Shown: piece after piece, positions 60,728-64,000 of the stretch
Layout: the number at the start of each line of letters is the position of its first letter
Numbering within the stretch: position 1 is the first letter of the stretch
DNA from: Bacillales bacterium
GTDB taxonomy: Bacteria > Bacillota > Bacilli > JARBTR01
Reading direction: 5' to 3'
NCBI GenBank assembly: GCA_031554215.1
Contig: JAVBKF010000119.1
Coordinates: 32,612-96,611 of the forward strand
Length of the DNA: 64,000 bases
The notes under the pieces: model-generated
Told to the model about the DNA's origin: nothing
Databases searched by the model: none
Seen by the model: the letters and a program-made list of their open reading frames with translations, nothing else
Program-made: the position numbers and the translations under genes

Positions 60728-61184
60728 CTTAAAATTGTCCCCCTTAGTATGGTGTTTGACACAGGTGTTTCCATTACTTCATAAATGGTGTAACCTCGGT
60801 TCAGGGTATTCCAAATTTCTTGGGATAGTATGGTTATTCAAACCAAAATGAACGAACACAGGTCAAATGCACCTCAGGTAGAACTATTTTACACTATGTA
60901 AGCGGATAAGTTAATCTGAATTTGACAAATAATTATTTATTTTTAAATTTTCAAAAACTTTTAATGGTGAAGCAGTAAGGTTTTCAGGTGTATTTGAGGC
61001 AATTTAGCGCCTCTTTAAAATGGGGAAAAGAAGCTTTTGATTTGAAAAAATTTAGAAAGAAATTTTAACGTATGATTCCGTGCAATCTGATGAATACTAA
61101 AAAAAGTGAAATGAGCTATTTCAATTTTCAACAAAATAGTGTATATTAATAGGGCAAAAAAGAATATCTAAAGAAGGGTTTACT

Positions 61185-61586
61185 ATGGAAAATATTCTTT
61201 ATATTAGTGTTGCGATCTTTGCTGTTGCATTTCTCATCCTAGCGATTTACTTAGCGAAGACATTAGCTTCGGTAAAGCGAACTGTGAATGGAATCAACCA
61301 GACAATAAGTGGTATGGAAAGTCAGCTACAAGGTATTGCGGCTGAGACAGAAAGCTTACTTCAAAAGACGAATGCGCTTGCTGATGATATTCAATATAAA
61401 TCAGAAAAATTGAATGTCATGTTTGAGCTAGTCAACGATGTTGGCGAATCTGCAAAAAAAGTAAAAGATTCCATCGCGAATTTCTCGCTAAAGAAAGATG
61501 GCGTTATTGGCAAGGAAAGTAATCATTCTTGGGTTTCAACATTAACGGAAATAGGAAAGATTTTTTTAAAAAATAAATCAAAATAA
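61185..61586 (+). CDS. ytxG: DUF948 membrane-anchored protein, YtxG-like
   Basis: N-terminal TM then a coiled region. Position downstream of murC matches B. subtilis murC-ytxG-ytxH. Confidence 0.7.
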   Translation: MENILYISVAIFAVAFLILAIYLAKTLASVKRTVNGINQTISGMESQLQGIAAETESLLQKTNALADDIQYKSEKLNVMFELVNDVGESAKKVKDSIANFSLKKDGVIGKESNHSWVSTLTEIGKIFLKNKSK

Positions 61587-61608
61587 GCGTCGAAAAGGGG
61601 TAATTTAA

Positions 61609-61878
61609 ATGGCTAATTCAAAAGATTTTGTAGTAGGTGTTGTAATAGGTGGTATTGCTGGTGCAGTGACTTCGTTGCTTCTTGCACCGAAATCCGGAAA
61701 AGAACTTCGTGGTGACATAAAAGAGAAGTCAGGTGAACTTTACCAAAAGACGGAGCCGATGCGTGAGAAAGGTTCTGAATGGGTAACGATTGCAAAGGAA
61801 AAAGGAACAACAATGAAGCAAAAGATGACTCAAAAAGGCAATGAAGCTGGAGATAAAATCGAAGAGTTAGTCGAATAA
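61609..61878 (+). CDS. ytxH: YtxH-like small protein (N-terminal TM helix, general-stress-protein-like)
   Basis: N-terminal GVVIGGIAGAVTSLLLAPKSGKELR motif typical of YtxH. AAAGGGG RBS is present. Confidence 0.7.
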   Translation: MANSKDFVVGVVIGGIAGAVTSLLLAPKSGKELRGDIKEKSGELYQKTEPMREKGSEWVTIAKEKGTTMKQKMTQKGNEAGDKIEELVE

Positions 61879-61901
61879 AGCGTTTTTTGAATGAACCAAT
61901 T

Positions 61902-61944
61902 GAACATCATTGAATGGCGAAACCGTTCAATGATGTTTTTTTTT
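61902..61944 (+). terminator. rho-independent terminator after ytxH
   Basis: GAACATCATTGAA...TTCAATGATGTT followed by T9. Confidence 0.8.
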
Positions 61945-62187
61945 GAAACCTACGGATAGTAACCCTAAACGCAACCTTTTGTACGTGAATAAAGAGGGAA
62001 GGTGGCATTTGGTTCTAGTACAGATCCGTTCGTGTTGACAGGATCGTTTTAAACTGGATCGTTATAGGATGCATAATTTTTGCCATTGCTAATTCATATG
62101 GCTTATCTTGAATAGAGATCATGCAGTTACAAAACGGTTTGGTATTGATATGTCAGGACATTGATTGGAAATGGGAGGAGTATTGTG

Positions 62188-63744
62188 ATGAACCTAGATA
62201 ATTTCAGGGAAAGCATTTATGAGATGATTGTCAGTACGTCAACTGACTTGCCTAAAGACGTGCGAAGAGCAGTTAAACGTGCAACGATGAATGAGAGTGC
62301 AGGAACCCGGGCCTTGCTCAGTCTTGAAACAATTGGTCAGAACATTGCCATGGCAGAATCCAAGATGTCACCGATTTGCCAGGATACAGGGATGCCAACA
62401 TTTAAACTCCGTTGCCCAGTCGGTGTCAATCAAATTGAGTTAAAAGAGGCAATTCATGAGATGGTGATTAAAGCAACAGATAAGGGCATTCTCAGACCCA
62501 ATTCTGTTGATTCTCTTACTGGTGAAAATAAAGGGAACATTGGCCCGGGAACCCCGATTATCAAGTTTGAACAATGGGAAGAAGATGTGATTGAATGTAA
62601 ACTCATTCTCAAAGGTGGCGGCTGTGAGAATAAAAATATTCAATATAGTCTGCCGTGTGAACTAGAAGGTGTGGGAAGGGCTGGTCGTGACCTCGATGGA
62701 ATCCGCAAATGCTTACTGCATGCCGTTTACCAAGCACAGGGGCAAGGTTGTGGACCCGGCTTTATTGGTGTCGGAATAGGTGGTGATTGTAGTAGCGGAT
62801 ACGAGCTTGCCAAAGAACAACTATTTCGCCATATGGACGATGTGAACCCAAACGAGACACTAGCAAAATTGGAAGACTACATCATGGCGAATGCCAATAA
62901 ACTTGGTATTGGCACAATGGGATTTGGTGGCGAGACCACACTATTGGGTTGTAAAATTGCCGCCGCTAACCGGTTGCCAGCAAGCTTCTTTGTCTCTGTT
63001 GCTTATAACTGCTGGGCGTTTCGTCGTGCAGAGGTTCGCATGGATGCGCATACAGGTAGGATTGATGAGTGGTCTTACGCTGATGGAGACAAGACGCTCT
63101 TTGCTAACGGTCGCAAAGAGGAAAGTGATGGTTTTGAAAAAGCAGATGGTGTGATGGTGCCTTCGGAAGTGAAGCATTTAGTGGCACCTCTTAGTGAGGA
63201 AGCGGTCCGTGCACTAAAGGTTGGTGATGTGGTTCAGATTGACGGGATGCTCTATACTGGTCGTGACGCGATTCATAAGCATTTGTCGACGCATGAATGT
63301 CAGGTGGATTTGAATGGGCAGATTATCTACCATTGTGGCCCCGTGGTGATGAAAGATCAGCATGGACAGTGGAAAATCACTGCGGCAGGTCCAACGACAA
63401 GTATGCGCGAAGAGCCCTATCAGGGTGATGTCATGAAGAAATTTGGGGTTCGTGCTGTCGTTGGGAAAGGCGGTATGGGAGCGAAAACGCTGAAAGCTTT
63501 TGAGGAACATGGTGGTGTTTACCTAAACGCGATTGGTGGTGCAGCACAGTTTTATGCAGCAGCGATCCAGTCCGTTAAAGCTGTTGATTACATGGAATTT
63601 GGTATCCCTGAGGCAATGTGGCATCTGCAGGTGAAGGGATTTACCGCGATTGTCACCATGGATGCGCATGGGAACAGCCTTCATGAGGATGTTGAAAAAA
63701 CATCGCTAGAAAAACTTAGTCAATTTAAAGATCGGGTTTTCTAA
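62188..63744 (+). CDS. class I (Fe-S dependent) fumarate hydratase, fused alpha and beta domains
   Basis: N-terminal catalytic-domain motifs (CQDTGMP, KGGGCEN) and a C-terminal beta-domain. Start moved to the ATG after the GGGAGG RBS. Confidence 0.85.
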   Translation: MNLDNFRESIYEMIVSTSTDLPKDVRRAVKRATMNESAGTRALLSLETIGQNIAMAESKMSPICQDTGMPTFKLRCPVGVNQIELKEAIHEMVIKATDKGILRPNSVDSLTGENKGNIGPGTPIIKFEQWEEDVIECKLILKGGGCENKNIQYSLPCELEGVGRAGRDLDGIRKCLLHAVYQAQGQGCGPGFIGVGIGGDCSSGYELAKEQLFRHMDDVNPNETLAKLEDYIMANANKLGIGTMGFGGETTLLGCKIAAANRLPASFFVSVAYNCWAFRRAEVRMDAHTGRIDEWSYADGDKTLFANGRKEESDGFEKADGVMVPSEVKHLVAPLSEEAVRALKVGDVVQIDGMLYTGRDAIHKHLSTHECQVDLNGQIIYHCGPVVMKDQHGQWKITAAGPTTSMREEPYQGDVMKKFGVRAVVGKGGMGAKTLKAFEEHGGVYLNAIGGAAQFYAAAIQSVKAVDYMEFGIPEAMWHLQVKGFTAIVTMDAHGNSLHEDVEKTSLEKLSQFKDRVF

Positions 63745-63986
63745 TTTATCGGGGACTACAATTTAACTGTAAGGTTAAGTGGCTGCTGCTTGTATCCTCA
63801 CGGGAGTAGTCACTGTCACCGTTGATGCTAGAGGCATGCCGTTATTGAACCGAGATGTGCTGAAATAAGCTGGGTGATGTAGCTGAAAATCATCTGAGCA
63901 TGCAGACCGACTGATAGCCAGCTTTTTTAATTGGAGTATGGCGTGAAAAGAAGTATAATGAAACTAACGAAGGGGGTTTTTTAGCA

Positions 63987-64000
63987 TGGAGCAACTACAC
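63987..64000 (+). CDS. start of an unidentified gene (MEQLH...), truncated by the window edge
   Basis: AAGGGGG RBS 9 nt upstream of the ATG. Only 5 codons are visible. Confidence 0.2.

Noticed and set aside
1-64000. CRISPR arrays, IS elements/transposases, integrases, prophage or defence-island signatures
   Set aside because: I scanned for regularly spaced direct repeats and for transposase, integrase or restriction-like ORFs and found none. Gene content is housekeeping throughout. The only repeats are the short coding microsatellites and the paralogous gene copies reported above.

Overview
This 64-kb window looks like ordinary chromosome from a low-GC, spore-forming Gram-positive bacterium (Bacillales-like). 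The calls rest on recognisable protein motifs and on gene order resembling Bacillus subtilis blocks: ygaC-ygaD, bsaA, ftsE-ftsX-ctpB, recX, uvrB-uvrA, lgt-yvoD-ppaX, sftA-murC, ytxG-ytxH. I found no rRNA, tRNA, CRISPR array, IS element or prophage. The most notable features are described in the findings below.

- **Giant cyclic beta-1,2-glucan-synthase-like gene:** a 2791-aa multidomain membrane protein (GT84-like glycosyltransferase, alpha/alpha-toroid domain, GH94 phosphorylase), preceded by a ~745-nt ORF-free leader that contains a 13-bp long-range helix.
- **Radical-SAM + alkyltransferase-like pair:** an SPL/COG1533-family radical-SAM protein directly followed by an MGMT-fold protein that lacks the active-site cysteine.
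- **M29 aminopeptidase triplication:** three tandem paralogues, each with its own terminator.
- **ftsEX neighbourhood:** ftsE-ftsX is flanked on both sides by paralogous coiled-coil M23 endopeptidases with intact catalytic motifs, ahead of ctpB.
- **Archaeal-type short NAPRTase:** wedged between sftA and murC.
- **Two divergent 47- and 51-codon small-protein genes:** candidate minor SASPs in a 1-kb gap.

Coordinates of starts adjusted for RBS are my inference; all family assignments come from motif recognition by eye and should be confirmed by HMM or BLAST.
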